From: Eledone cirrhosa
Taxonomy: Eukaryota
Assembly: GCA_964016885.1 (NCBI GenBank)
Contig: OZ024741.1
Coordinates: 219,914,001 to 219,978,000, forward strand
Reading direction: 5' to 3'
DNA length: 64,000 nt
Shown here: positions 27,158-41,992 of the stretch, piece by piece
Position numbering within the stretch: the first letter of the stretch is position 1
How the letters are laid out: each line of letters starts with the position of its first letter
Position numbers and translations under genes: made by a program
Notes under the pieces: generated by a model
Seen by the model: only the letters and a program-made list of their open reading frames with translations
The model's database searches: none
Told to the model about the DNA's origin: nothing

Positions 27158-27382
27158 TTCAGTAACCAGATCACAGTTTCAGGATGACAGAAAAATCGAT
27201 TTAATTAAACCACTATGTAATTGGGGATTATTTTATCGATTGCAGAAGTACATAAGGTTCAAATTAACTTCAGTTGGACTACATATTTTTTTCTTTTTTA
27301 AAGTGTTTGATGAGCGAAGTGAGGCGGCGAATTCGCAGAGTCGTTAGAACCATGGATAGATTGCTTTGTGGTATTTGTTTCA

Positions 27383-27695
27383 GTGACTTGGTAAGAAATG
27401 ATTGCAACTGCAACATGCATGTGTGCATAACACTCCTATGTAGGTCTGTGCATTGCTATGTAGGCATAGTAGTAAGAGTTGTACTATCAGCAACACAGGA
27501 GCAATAGTACTAATGGAACATCTGACTGATAAAATGAGAAGTCAGTCAATCATATCGGGGGCCTCCCCACAGCCCCTGCGGACAGAATGGAGAAGGCGTT
27601 TCCTCGGAGGACGGCAAGAGAGACGCGCTTGAAAAACCATTCCAGCTGGCGAGGCTCACACCTGCGGCTGGCCAGCTCAGCGCCTATGGTGGTGA
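27383..27695 (-). mobile_element. CRE-like RLE non-LTR retrotransposon 3' fragment inserted in a SINE
   Basis: C-terminal peptide FFKRVSLAVLRGNAFSILS resembles the CRE QRxSxAxxRGNA motif. The SINE head (27322-27382) and body (27696-27790) are separated by this insert. Confidence 0.55.
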
Positions 27696-27820
27696 GTCTC
27701 TGCTCTCTGAGTTCAAATCCCGCTGAGGTCAACTTTACCTTTCATCCTTACGAGGTCGATAAAAAAAAGTACCAGTCAAGTACTCGGGTCGATTCTTCCT
27801 CTATATTCCTTTCTCACTTC

Positions 27821-27896
<76 letters not shown>

Positions 27897-28176
27897 AAGA
27901 AATCTGGTGTATTCAGACCTGGAAAGAAGATGGGCTTTGCCAAGTTACAAAAATGCCCTAGAAACGCCGTATGTCAATATGGCGTCCCCTTGACTCCCCC
28001 GAGAGTTACGGGACTAAAGAAGAAAGAGGAATGAGTGAAGTGAGAGTAGCACCTACGATCTATTTAGGACCGCCGATATTTGTTGTATGAAGTTATCCTC
28101 AACCCGGGAACATTTCTCGACAGCTTATAACTTAATATACTATGCTAAAACACTGAAAAGCCCGTTGATGTTGATA

Positions 28177-28504
28177 CGAGGGTCAGCTGAAAAGTGTATA
28201 GACTGACCGAGACACTCTCATGGAATGATCACATGGTTTATTTTTCAACATAGTCCCTGGAAGGAGACAAAATACAATTATTAATAAGAAGAGTTGAAAT
28301 TAATGTATGCAATATTTCATAACCTTTCATAGGCTGATCATGATATTTTCATGGAATAACCAAATGAGGTTTATTTTTCAACATAGTCCCGGGAAAGAAA
28401 ACGATGCAGTTATTAATATGAAGTGTTGAATAATGGATGTATAATTTCACAGCTCTAGCATCACTCTTCATAGTCAACCTATGGACATAGTCAGCCGACC
28501 CTCG
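28177..28504. mobile_element. Mariner-derived MITE
   Basis: TA|CGAGGGTCAGCTGA ... TCAGCCGACCCTCG|TA; internal tandem duplication; related copy near 49260-49417. Confidence 0.7.
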
Positions 28505-29234
28505 TAAGCCGAGTAATGGATTAAGTGCATCACACTAAAACGGGAGTGTAATTGAATGCTGCAAGGAAATTAATCTGTAGTGATCTTCTATCGATGCATT
28601 GATAAAGGACTCAGTGCTGACTTGGCTTGGGAAGGAATTGAAATAAGGAAACATATGTGATGTGGTAGTCTCGCAAACCTGATGAAGTCGTAGGAATGCC
28701 GTATTAACATACGGCGTTTCTAGGGAATTTTTGAAACCTAACGGAGCCCATCTCCTCCCCAGGTCTGAATACAGCAGATTTCTTCCAGAAAAGGATAGAG
28801 AGTAAGAGAGAGAAAGGGAGAGGAAAATCGACCCCAGTACTTGACTGGTACTTTTGTTATCGACCTCGAATGGTTGAAAGCCAAAGTTGATCTCGGCGGG
28901 ATTTGAACTCATAAAGCAGAGAGCCAGAACAAATACCCCAAAACATTCTATCCGACGTCCTAACGACTCTACCAATTCGCCGCCTTCAACGAAATATCTT
29001 GATGTTATTTACTATACGCCATTTTGTTCAGCACTTTACTCACATTTCGTTTTGCTTTTTCTCTGTGCCATTCTCTCCCTTTTCGTTTTTTATTCTCTTT
29101 TTTTCTTTATATTTTCCTATTTTACATTCCATTCTTCTCAATCTAAATTTTCTTTTTTTCTTTTTCTATTAAACTTCCATGATATATTCCATAAATAAAA
29201 TAGTCCTGATTCTTCAATTCATCTATTTATTTAG

Positions 29235-31723
29235 GAGAACCGAAGATGAGTTCATCTGAAGAGGTCGTAGGACAACGACACTCAGTGATGTTGCCTCCTC
29301 GTGATCGATTAGTACATCGATTCTTGGATGACTTGGGCAACAAGGCGGAAGTAAAACACGTAATCAATTATCAACCCCACCACGGACAGATGTACACACC
29401 AAATGTTGGATCTTCACATTGGACTAACGATTATAAACTTGGTATGAAGTCCATGAATAAACTCTTTGACGAAGGCGAACGGTTTGACCAGAAGATCAAC
29501 TATCTTATAGAAAAAAAGAACGCGTATCTCAATGGGAAAAATTCGTTTAAGGTTTTCATGATAAAAGATATCGGACCTGAGAGTAATCTAGTGTCAAATA
29601 TTGACACACGTGACAGATTAGATAGTCAACAAAATGTTAAAAACATAACCGAAAATGGCAAAATACTTACAGAAAGAATATTCTCGTTACCGTTCAAGAG
29701 TGGTATTAGCAGGAGTTTTGAAAATATCGGAAGTGGGGGCGTTTTTCATTTGAATCAAGCAATGGAAAGTGGCAACAATATTTTGAAAGGACTTCTAGAT
29801 GAGATCAAATTTGGTAATATCTTATCGAAGGCAGACCCGGTGGGATATGAAGACCCATATAGGGATTCGATGTTTGATAAACCACCCGTTCCGAATTCGG
29901 ATACGAATATGACTCTGTATAATTATAAGAACGACAAAAGTGACAATTTCATAGATCTAAATGTGAAAAATATTCATAATTCGCATAAACTTAATAACCA
30001 GGGAAAAGCAACATTTCTTCTTGACGAGACTGGTGTTTCTGAAGGAATTGATAAGGAAGAAGACAGTGATAGTAGTAATGAAGCCAACATACATTCAACA
30101 AGAGTGGCTATAGGGGTGGATGATAGAGGAAAGGATGACAGGGAGAAACATGATAATGTGAACGGGGAGAGTGACGATAAGAATGGAAAAGGTGGTGGTG
30201 CAGGAGATGATAGGAGGGGTGATGTAGTAAATGAACTCGTGAGACATCATGACGAAAATGAAGTGTCAAGAGGTCTAGGTATGGGAATGCTTGACGAAGA
30301 ACCATTGCAAGTCAAATGCGCCAATGTCGAATGTGTGGTGGGAGGAGGGGAGCGGCAGGAGGAAGAAGAGGAGGAGGAGGAAGGGCAGGTGGGCGATGGT
30401 GGGGATGATAGTGAGGATGACGATGAGAGTAAGGAAGAGGAAGAGGAAGAGGAAGAGGGAAATCAGGTGTATGACGGAGGTGATGCTGACGATAATAATG
30501 ATGATGGCAGTGGTGATGAAGAGAGTGGTGGTGGTGATAGCGAGGAAGAGGAGAGTGAGGGGGGGGATGCCGGTGAGGACGGTAAAGGGGATGATAGTGA
30601 CTGTGATGAAAGTAAGGAGGATGAAAGTTGTGGGGATGAGAAGGAGGAGGAGGATGATGATGAGGAGGAGGAGGATAGTGAATGCGAAGATGAAAGTTGT
30701 GAGGATGAGAAGGAGGAGGAGGAGGACGAGGAGGAGGATAGCGAATGCGAAGATGAAAGTTGTGAGGATGAGAAGGAGGATGATGGTAGCGACTGCGATG
30801 ATGGTAATTGTGGGGATGAGAAGGAGGAGGACAGCGAATGCGATGAAGGTGATGAAAGTTGTGAGAATGAAAAGGATGATGATAGCGAATGCAATGATGA
30901 TGATGAAAATTGTGAGGATGAGAAGAAGAAGGAGGAGGAGGAGGAGGAGGAGGAGGAGGATAGTGAATGCGATGATGATGATGATAATTGTGAGGATGAG
31001 AAGAAGGAGGAGGAGGAGGATGAGGAGGAGGAGGAGGAGGAGGAGGATAGCGACTGCGATGATGATGATGATGATGAAAGTTGTGAGGATGAGAAGGAGG
31101 ATGAGAAGTGTGATGGCGATAATTGTAAGGACGAGAAGAAGGACGAGAAGAAGGACGAGAAGTGCGTTGAGGTTGAGTGTAAGGACGAGAAGAAGGACGA
31201 GAAGTGCGTTGAGGTTGAGTGTAAGGACGAGAAGAAGGACGAGAAGTGCGTTGAGGTTGAGTGTAAGGACGAGAAGAAGGATGACAAATGCGTTGAGGTT
31301 GAGTGTAAGGACGAGAAGAAGGACGAGAAGTGCGTTGAGGTTGAGTGTAAGGACGAGAAGAAGGACGAGAAGTGCGTTGAGGTTGAGTGTAAGGACGAGA
31401 AGAAGGACGACAAATGCGTTGAGGTTGAGTGTAAGGACGAGAAGAAGGACGACAAATGCGTTGAGGTTGAGTGTAAGGACGAGAAGAAGGATGTGAAGTG
31501 TGATGATAGTTGTGAGGATGAGAAGAAGGATAAGAAGAAGGATGTGAAGTGTGATGATAGTTGTGAGGATGAGAAGAAGGATAAGAAGAAGGATGTGAAG
31601 TGTGATGATAGTTGTGAGGATGAGAAGAAGGATAAGAAGAAGGATGAAAATAAATGTGATGAAAGTGTGGATAAATGTAAGGAGGATGAGCAGGGAGAAG
31701 GGGATAAAAATGATGAAAATGGC

Positions 31724-31770
<47 letters not shown>

Positions 31771-33248
31771 GGTTAAGGAGGAGGAGGAAGGGGAGGAGGA
31801 TGATGAATGCGATGATGATGATGATGAAAATTGTGAGGATGATGAGGATAGTGATGATGATGATGGTGATGACAGCAATGAGGATAATGACGACGAAGAT
31901 GAGGATGAAAACCAAATAAGTAAAGAAGAGAGCAATATCCCTAAGGGCTTGGACAATGTTAAAACAGTGAATATTTATATAGGAAATAGGAAACTTGGAA
32001 TGAACGCGGTCCATAAAAATAAAATAAACAAACATAGAAGTCACAAGATAAAAGGAAAAGCGAAATTACAATCAGGAAAACAGAAAAAAATGCACAAAAA
32101 AGTCAAGTTTACCCTCAAACTGAAATCTGACAAAGGAAAGCACCGAAAAGATGATTGTGGTAGTTGTGATGAGGACTCTGGGGATGAGAAATGCAGTGAT
32201 AATTGTTCTAAGAGTAAGGAGAATAGTGATGAATGCGGTGATGATAAAAACGGTGATGATAAAAACGGTGATTGTAGTGATGAAAGTAGTGATGAAAGTA
32301 ATGGTGAGGGTAGTGATGAAAAGACGGATGAATGTGATGATAAAAATGGTGATTGTAGTGAGGAAAAAAAGGATAAATGTGATGATGATAAAAGTGGAGA
32401 TTGTAGTAAGGAGAAAAGTGATGAATGTGGTGATGATAAAAGTGGAGATTGTAGTAAGGAAAAAAGTGATGAATGTGGTGATGATAAAAGTGGAGATTGT
32501 AGTAAGGAGAAAAGCGATGAATGTGGTGATGATAAAAGTGGAGATTGTAGTAACGAAAAAAGTGATGAATGTGGTGATGATGATAATAATAATAGTGACG
32601 ATTGTGATAATAGTAATGGTGATCGTGATGAAAAGCAGGCTAAACATAAAGCAGCTAAAATTAAAACTACGACCAAGCGTGTCAACGGGTCCAAGAAAGA
32701 TAGAAACCATGACAACGGAAATAAACATCCAAATAACCTCAAAAAATTAAAGGTGCACGCCAACATACATATAAAGACTAACAAAAAATATAAAAAGTTA
32801 ACAAAAGGGATCAAAAAACATATATTGTCTAACATTAAAATCCAACATTCTAAAAAAGAGAATGGATCTCACGCAACCAGCAAGAAAAAATCGAAGCCGA
32901 AATCTAAAGGTAAATCGCGTTCTCATAAAGCGATAGTACAATTAAAATTAGTACAAACTAAACTTTCTTCAAGGAAGCAACATGGTTCTGCTAACAATAA
33001 ATCTAAGCCTGGTAAACAGGCAGTGGAGGCGAAGGTCGATCTTACGAATACCTCGTCGGCTTTGAAAAACGACGAAGGCTTCGGATACAATGAAGTTAGC
33101 AGGGAAAGAAAACCTATGGAATTTTTAAAAATAGATACCAATAATTCGCCGATGGCTGTGAATTTTTCTGCTGGTGAGCCAATAGAAGAATTTGATCCTA
33201 ACGAAATAGATTCGTTCATCAAACAACTAAAAGGTAATTATGGTGAAG
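29235..33248 (+). CDS. Giant coding exon (ORF 29246-33313, 1355 aa) of an Asp/Glu/Cys-repeat, Lys/His-block low-complexity protein; possibly a secreted matrix protein
   Basis: About 4 kb without a stop in AT-rich DNA, with complex N- and C-terminal regions and repeat units that are all multiples of 3. Acceptor tttatttag|GA at 29234/5 and donor AAG|GTAATT at 33248/9, both phase 1. Confidence 0.8.
31142..31642 (+). repeat. Coding tandem repeats: 8 x 42 nt (DEKKDEKCVEVECK), then 3 x 51 nt (DVKCDDSCEDEKKDKKK)
   Basis: Counted directly from the translation. Confidence 0.92.
32370..32580 (+). repeat. Coding tandem repeat of 48 nt (SDECGDDKSGDCSKEK), about 4.5 copies
   Basis: Direct reading of the sequence. 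Confidence 0.9.
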
Positions 33249-33865
33249 GTAATTATTTCATTATATTCTTATTAAAAGTTCTAAAGAAAGAATTAAGGTC
33301 AAAGTTATCCTAAAATTAACTACAAAAGTAAAAATGAATGTTACTCGTAAAAGCCCCATATTAGAATCAACGACCATACAATATGGTCTTAAACATTTCA
33401 TTGTGTTTTTAACACACTCCGTGAAGCTTAATAGCCGAAAATAATATCCATTCTTCCTGCTTTCTTTCATTTTATTTTCTTTCTCTTTTGAGAAGTGGTT
33501 TCCCTTAACCCTTTACTAAAAAGCAAAACACTGTAAACACACTTTACTACACCACCACCAACGACCACCATCAAAAAGAAAAAAAAAACAACAAATTATG
33601 GAAAAACCTTTCCTTTTTAATCCTGTTTAGCAATTATTTTAAACTATCGAGAACATAATAACTAATATTGATTTGATATGTATTTTATGAGTGAGGTTAA
33701 CAAACATAAGATTTGTTATAGACCCAATGAAATGAAATTATTTTTCCAACAGTGGGCAAAAGTTGGTGATCAACACGAAATTGTTAGAAACACTTTCAAA
33801 GATAGTACTGTCTAAAACCATATCTATAGTAATTTAAATTGTCAGCCCTTACTATTCCATTTCAG

Positions 33866-33885
33866 ATCATCTAAAAGCAACCTAA
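33866..33885 (+). CDS. Candidate small terminal exon (D)HLKAT*
   Basis: Acceptor cttactattccatttcag| is phase-compatible with the 33248 donor; no transcript evidence. Confidence 0.25.
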
Positions 33886-34562
33886 AAGACCTAAACCCAC
33901 CGCAGAGGACTGGAAGCAATGGCACCCTCAATACAGGAAAATTTGAATATACCTTCTTTTACACAGATCCTCTCACTATCTCTCTCTCTAATCTCGCCCC
34001 CCCCTCTCTCTCTCTCTCTCTCTCACTCTCTCTCTCTCTCTCTTTATCTCTCACTCTCTCTCTCTGTCTCTCTCTCTGTCTCTCTCTCTCTCTCTATCTA
34101 TCTCTCTCTATCTCTATCTATCTCTCACACACTCTCCCACTTTTAGCTTTCATCTAGAAAATGAAGAAATCTGAAAACGAAGAAAGATTGAAAACAGAAA
34201 TAAGAAAATATGTAATTTACATTTAAGTGATTTTTGAAAGCCCTCATCCCCCTAAAATGTGTGAAAGGTCATTCATTTCATAGAGAAATCAATAAATTTA
34301 GTGTCGAGAATATGGTTTTTATATTGATTCCTAACACTGACACAAGGTGAAAAACATGTTTGGAGGAAGAGAAGGAGGAGGAGGAGAAAAATAAGAATAA
34401 AATCGATTAAAAGGACCCCAGTAATTGACTGGTAATGTATTGTGTTTAATTAATTAATTTAGTTTATTTAATGGACTAAATAAATTAAATTTAGTAATTG
34501 CATTTTATTTATTAATTTATACACACACACGCACACAGACATATATATATATATATATATAT

Positions 34563-35558
34563 AAAATATATGATAAACACGAAATGTGTTTATATTGCAA
34601 CAGACAAAGTTAGCTATTAATGAAATAAACTAATTAAAGTAAATACAATTTGTCTGTCTCGATATAAGTCAATAAAGACAAGCTTATATTGGCAACGGCC
34701 ATGATTCCTGGACATATTTAAATTTCGAAATTCAAACCTGTTCTGTAGACGAATTTGAACCTCGAAACCCAAATAAGTTTCGCAACGGTGGAATGTGAAT
34801 TGAAAAATAAAGAGAATCGAAATGGAGTTGAAATAAAAGAGTGAAATACCCAAATCTACTGTGCTTATCAACAGGAATCCAGTAAAATTAGTCTATCTCA
34901 CATCAAAATTTTGCAGGTCTGACTACACGTGTGCAGGCAGGCCAAAACTAGCTATCCGGCATTCACGGTGCTAGAAATAACAGCCGCTTATGCAGGATTA
35001 AGGATCAGCTCATACAATAAAGGAGCTATACATTATATTATATTTTGAGAATAAACTCTCAGTCGTTTACAATAATTAAGCTCCAGGAAGGGGCTCTTCC
35101 GAGCAGTTACATTTAAAATATATGATAAACACGAAATGTGTTTATATTGCAACAGACAAAGTTAGCTATTAATGAAATAAACTAATTAAAGTAAATACAA
35201 TTTGTCTGTCTCGATATAAGTCAATAAAGACAAGCTTATATTGGCAACATTCCACCGTTGCGAAACTTATTTGGGTTTCGAGGTTCAAATTGGTCTACAG
35301 AACAGGTTTGAATTTCGAAATTTAAATATGTCCAGGAATCATGGCCGTTGCCAATATAAGCTTGTCTTTATTGACTTATATCGAGACAGACAAATTGTAT
35401 TTACTTTAATTAGTTTATTTCATTAATAGCTAACTTTGTCTGTTGCAATATAAACACATTTCGTGTTTATCATATATTTTAAATGTAACTGCTCGGAAGA
35501 GCCCCTTCCTGGAGCTTAATTATTGTAAACGACTGAGAGTTTATTCTCAAAATATAAT

Positions 35559-35560
<2 letters not shown>
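34563..35560. repeat. Complex direct plus inverted triplication
   Basis: 35035-35248 / 35347-35560 are inverted arms. 34563-34796 is the reverse complement of about 35248-35482 and a direct copy of 35115-35248 over its first part. Confidence 0.88.
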
Positions 35561-35602
<42 letters not shown>

Positions 35603-35663
35603 TGTATATATATATATGTATGAGTGTATATATATGTATGAATGTATATATATATATGTATGA

Positions 35664-35707
<44 letters not shown>

Positions 35708-35812
35708 TCATACACATATGTATACATGCAAATGTATATATATATGTATATATATGTATATATATATATATATATATCCATAATTATACATGTATATGTA
35801 TATATATATAAG

Positions 35813-35851
<39 letters not shown>

Positions 35852-36160
35852 GAGACTGAGGTTCGTTGGACATGCTCACCCGACATCGAGAGTTGACACT
35901 GCACTCAGTGCTCCTGAAAATCTGGAGTATAATATCACTGGAAGGGGGAGATCGAGGTTAACATGTTGAGGTTAATTGGTCTCTTGGAGATGCAGGACAT
36001 GGCAGCGATAATGAGGGACAGAGGCCGCTGGAGAGAACTCGTCCATGGATCTCGGGAATTTTACCCGCCCTAGACTGGACTAGACACACATGCGCACACA
36101 CACACACACACACAAACACAAACACACGCACACGCACACACACACATACACACACACACA

Positions 36161-36212
<52 letters not shown>

Positions 36213-36370
36213 CACACACACTCACAGACACACACATATATATATATATGTGCGTGTGTGTGTGTGTTTACATATATAGATATATAAGCAGATATTTAAT
36301 TTGTTGGTAATTCAACAAATATAAATGTTTATAACTGATTCAGAGCACTCGACAAGTTTTCTGGAGTACA

Positions 36371-36637
36371 ATATCAATGATATTAAATAAATGGAAACTA
36401 TATTTATAAAACCATATTTATTCTATTATATATATTTCAAGGGTACCCAAAACTTTTGTACGCACTCATCAGATAAAATACAAAGTTTGTTTTATAAATA
36501 TTGACATATCCAGGAAGAAGATCTTAACGGTTCAAGTTCTTCATGGAAAAACTTGTTTTGGGTACCCTAGAAGTATATATAATAGAATAAATATGGTTTT
36601 ATAAATATAGTTTCCATTTATTTAATATCATTGATAT
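36371..36637. repeat. Short fold-back (36371-36453 / 36555-36637), same pLTR family as 21246-22779
   Basis: Shared GAAACTATATTTATAAAACCATATTTATT; arms are reverse complements. Confidence 0.85.
36419..36480 (-). ncRNA. Minimal hammerhead ribozyme with weakened stem II
   Basis: tattttat-CTGATGA-gtgcgtac..gtaccctt-GAAA-t atat a-TA-atagaata. Confidence 0.68.
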
Positions 36638-36648
36638 ATAGATATGTA

Positions 36649-37556
36649 CGAGGGCAATCCCAAAAGTTAGGTCTCCAAATCGATGGAGACGCAGAGAAAC
36701 TGTTCGTACGGCTGCTGGCAACACTGTTGTGCTTGGTGCTTCCTTCACTCCCAAACAAGCATGCGCGCGCTTCGCTGGGATGCTCAATCTTGGCTTGGCA
36801 GCCGTTGAGAATGGAGCTCCCGTTGAACGTTACCGCCAAGTGCGATGTTCGCGCAGTTATTCGGTTTTTGAACGCAAAAGGCGTTGAACCGATTGAAATT
36901 CATCGCCAATTGACGGAAGTGTATGGACAGTCGTGCATTGATGTCAAAAACGTCCGCAAGTGGTGTAGAGAGTTTACAGACCGTCGTACTGAAATTCACG
37001 ACGAACAAAGGAGCGGGAGACCGTCAATTTCCGACGAGACAGTCGCAATTTTTCCGTTAAAATTCTGTGGATGGTGCTTCGGAAAACCTCAGGAACCAAA
37101 ATGCAGAGAGCATCCAGAGTGATCCGCCGATCTTTACACATATTTTCCTCAAACTTTGCGACTGTCTCGTCGGAAATTGACGGTCTCCCGCTCCTTTGTT
37201 CGTCGTGAATTTTAGTACGACCGCGTCTGTAAACTCTCTACACCACTTGCGAACGTTTTTGACATCCATGCACGACTGTCCATACACTTCCGTCAATTGG
37301 CGATGGATTTCAATCGGTTCAACGCTTTTGCGTTCAAAAACCGAATAACTGCGCGAACTTCGCAGTTGGCGGTAGCGTTCAACGGGAGCTCAATTCTCAA
37401 CGGCTGCCAAGCCAAGATTGAGCATCCCAGCGAAGCTCACGCATGCTTGTTTGGAATTGAAGGAAGCACCAATCACAATAGTGTTGTCAACAGCCGTACG
37501 AACAGTTTCTCTGCGTCCCCAATGATTTGGAGACCTTACTTTTTGGATTGCCCTCG
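36649..37556. mobile_element. Mariner fold-back: two 5' halves in inverted orientation
   Basis: TA|CGAGGGCAATCC.. at both ends; about 400-bp arms, each encoding the transposase HTH N-terminus (RAVIRFL..EIHRQL..VYG..VRKWC..RSGRPS). Confidence 0.9.
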
Positions 37557-37679
37557 TACATATGTATGTATATATTTATATACATATATGTGTGTATATA
37601 TATCTATGCATATATATATATATGTGTGTATATATATGTGTGTGTGTGCATGTATTATGGCTGTTCTGTATTGAGCTTG

Positions 37680-38340
37680 CTTGGACTCTATGATGTCCCC
37701 ACATCACTTTACTTGACACTTAGCAAAGACTTTACGGAGAAGGCTTAACAAGGAGATCCCTTATATCCCTCAGAGCAATTTTTCTTATCTTTCCTTTTGG
37801 ACATCAGGATTATACCTCCCGATTGCCATTGCTTAGGTGGCTTTCCAGAGATCCAGGCCACTCAAAACACACGAGTCATCCAGAGAATACTGTCTCTGTT
37901 GAAGGATTTTAACATCTCAAGCCGAATATCATCCTCCCCAGAGGTCTTGTCACATTTGAGCTCTTTAATTTCTCTAGTGACTTGGCTTCCGAGATGCTAG
38001 TCATCGCTCTTAGATGCACCTCATATACATCAGAAGATATAACAGGGTTTAGGAGATCAGAAAAGAGTTCTCATCCCCTCGCGAGGATGTATCTTTCTGT
38101 CTGAAGAGAGAAGAATCCCAGATGAGTTCCTGCTAGCAGCCCTGGAGAGGGATTTCTTATTTCGAAACCAGTTGATGGTCTGCCAGAAAACTTTATCTGC
38201 TGATCTAAAGTCGAATTCCAGGATAACCCCGACACCCTCCCATGTCTTAACTTTGGTTGCCTTTACTGTCTATGCTGCAACAATTCGTGCTTGCTTGTAC
38301 TGTATGTGGAAGAAGGAGGATTTATTTCCAAACGAAGCTG
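37680..38340 (-). pseudogene. Highly decayed RTE-type LINE RT fragment
   Basis: Manual translation: LKCDKTSGEDDIRLEMLK..LWMTRV and GISLLSLLRKVFAK. Confidence 0.7.
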
Positions 38341-38639
38341 TGGGAATAATCTAGAGATGTTTAAAATCTAAAATCAACAACCAAGAGAGATAACTCCAGG
38401 AGTTAAGTTATCTCTCTTGATTTTTATGAATGAATGTATGAATTTATTATTATTTGTTTTTAGATTTTAAACATACTGAGAAGTGTAATCGAAGTATTAA
38501 AAGAGCATGTGAAAGCATATAAAATATGATTATATATAATAAACAAAATAAATCTCACTGTGACATTATCAAGCTAAAAATACTCATTGCGAGACTCACG
38601 GATCTTATTATATACAAATGTATTTTATATACTTTCATA

Positions 38640-39330
38640 AGTCAATAACTTCTTGGAACCTGGATGCATCCAAGTTGTCTTATATTTGTCTTTCTGCTGA
38701 AATAGCGTGTTCCCAACAACAAGATCCATCTCAGTGCACATCTGCAACAGAAGTAGGCCATTGTTATTGCACTTACCTACTCCATGATTGCCCATCACAC
38801 TCCAAGCTTCCCAGTTATTACCAACACGTGCATTAAAATCACCAAGGATGATAATCTTGTCTGCATAAGGTATACCATGGATGACCTCTCTCAAAGACAT
38901 GTAGAAACTTAGTTTTTCATCATCACTGGCACACATAGTAGTAGCGTACACACTGACCAGAGTCACAAAGCGGTTTTGAATCAGAGGGACTCTCATGGAC
39001 AATATCCGATCATTGAATCCACAAGGAAGATTTTCCAGCTTTGAGACGATTCTTTTCCTGACAGCAAATGCGACCCCTGCCTCTCTCCTACAACCCTCTG
39101 CTCCACCACTCCAATAGAAGGTATATCTTCCCTTCTGTTCTGTGAATTGACCCTCACCTGCCAATCTCGTTTCTGAAAGAGCAACGATGTCCATGCTATA
39201 GCGATTGAGTTACCTCGACACCAAAGCAGATCTTCTTTCAGGGCGAGTTTCACTGGACTGGGAATCAAGTAAAGTTCTTACATTCCAGCATCCAATATTC
39301 AGAGGTTTGAACCTCTTTGCACTTGCAGGA
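38640..39330 (-). pseudogene. RTE/BovB-type APE endonuclease fragment
   Basis: LNIGCWNVRTL, DIVALSETRL, GVAFAV, IILGDFNARVG, VGNTLFQ..KTTWMHP. Confidence 0.88.
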
Positions 39331-39798
39331 TGACGATCGGGCCCACGCTGCCGTGCCATAGGACACCTGCCGGGCCAGACCCCTTCACAATACGTTCCAG
39401 GGCCCTTACAGCCATTGACTTCATATTACTACCATATACTTTCATAAACACCTCTATTATGAATCACGCTATGATGGTGATACTGCTAATTGTTTAAACG
39501 AAGATATTCAACTCATTATATTATATATGAGAAATGTCTTCTTTTAATCATTATTTCCTCTCCCATCAGAGTACAAAATGTCGTGAATATAATTCAATAG
39601 GTATTGCAGAATGTGTATGGTCACCATTGGAAGTCCAATTGCCTTTCATGGACGGCCAGCTTACTGGGGGAAGTTATAATGTCACCCCTTTTTCGGTGAC
39701 GGAAGGCGAAATTTGAACTCAGAACGCAGAGAGTCAGAACAGATACCACAAAGCATCCAGTGTTCAACTTTTTAACACTTCCACCACTTCACCACCCT

Positions 39799-41992
<2,194 letters not shown>

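Noticed and set aside
27274-27507. Possible upstream exon with Kozak ATG (accATGG) and a GTAAGA donor
   Set aside because: The ATG lies in a SINE head, and the donor phase (0) does not match the phase-1 acceptor at 29235.
30275-32835. Long antisense and alternate-frame ORFs (589, 497, 401 and 264 aa)
   Set aside because: Shadows of the GAN/AAG-rich coding repeat, giving poly-Ser, Leu/Ile or Arg/Met translations.
39335-39410. GC-rich segment upstream of the RTE APE as a possible HDV-like ribozyme
   Set aside because: Could not assemble the nested double pseudoknot (P1, P1.1, P2, P3) by eye.
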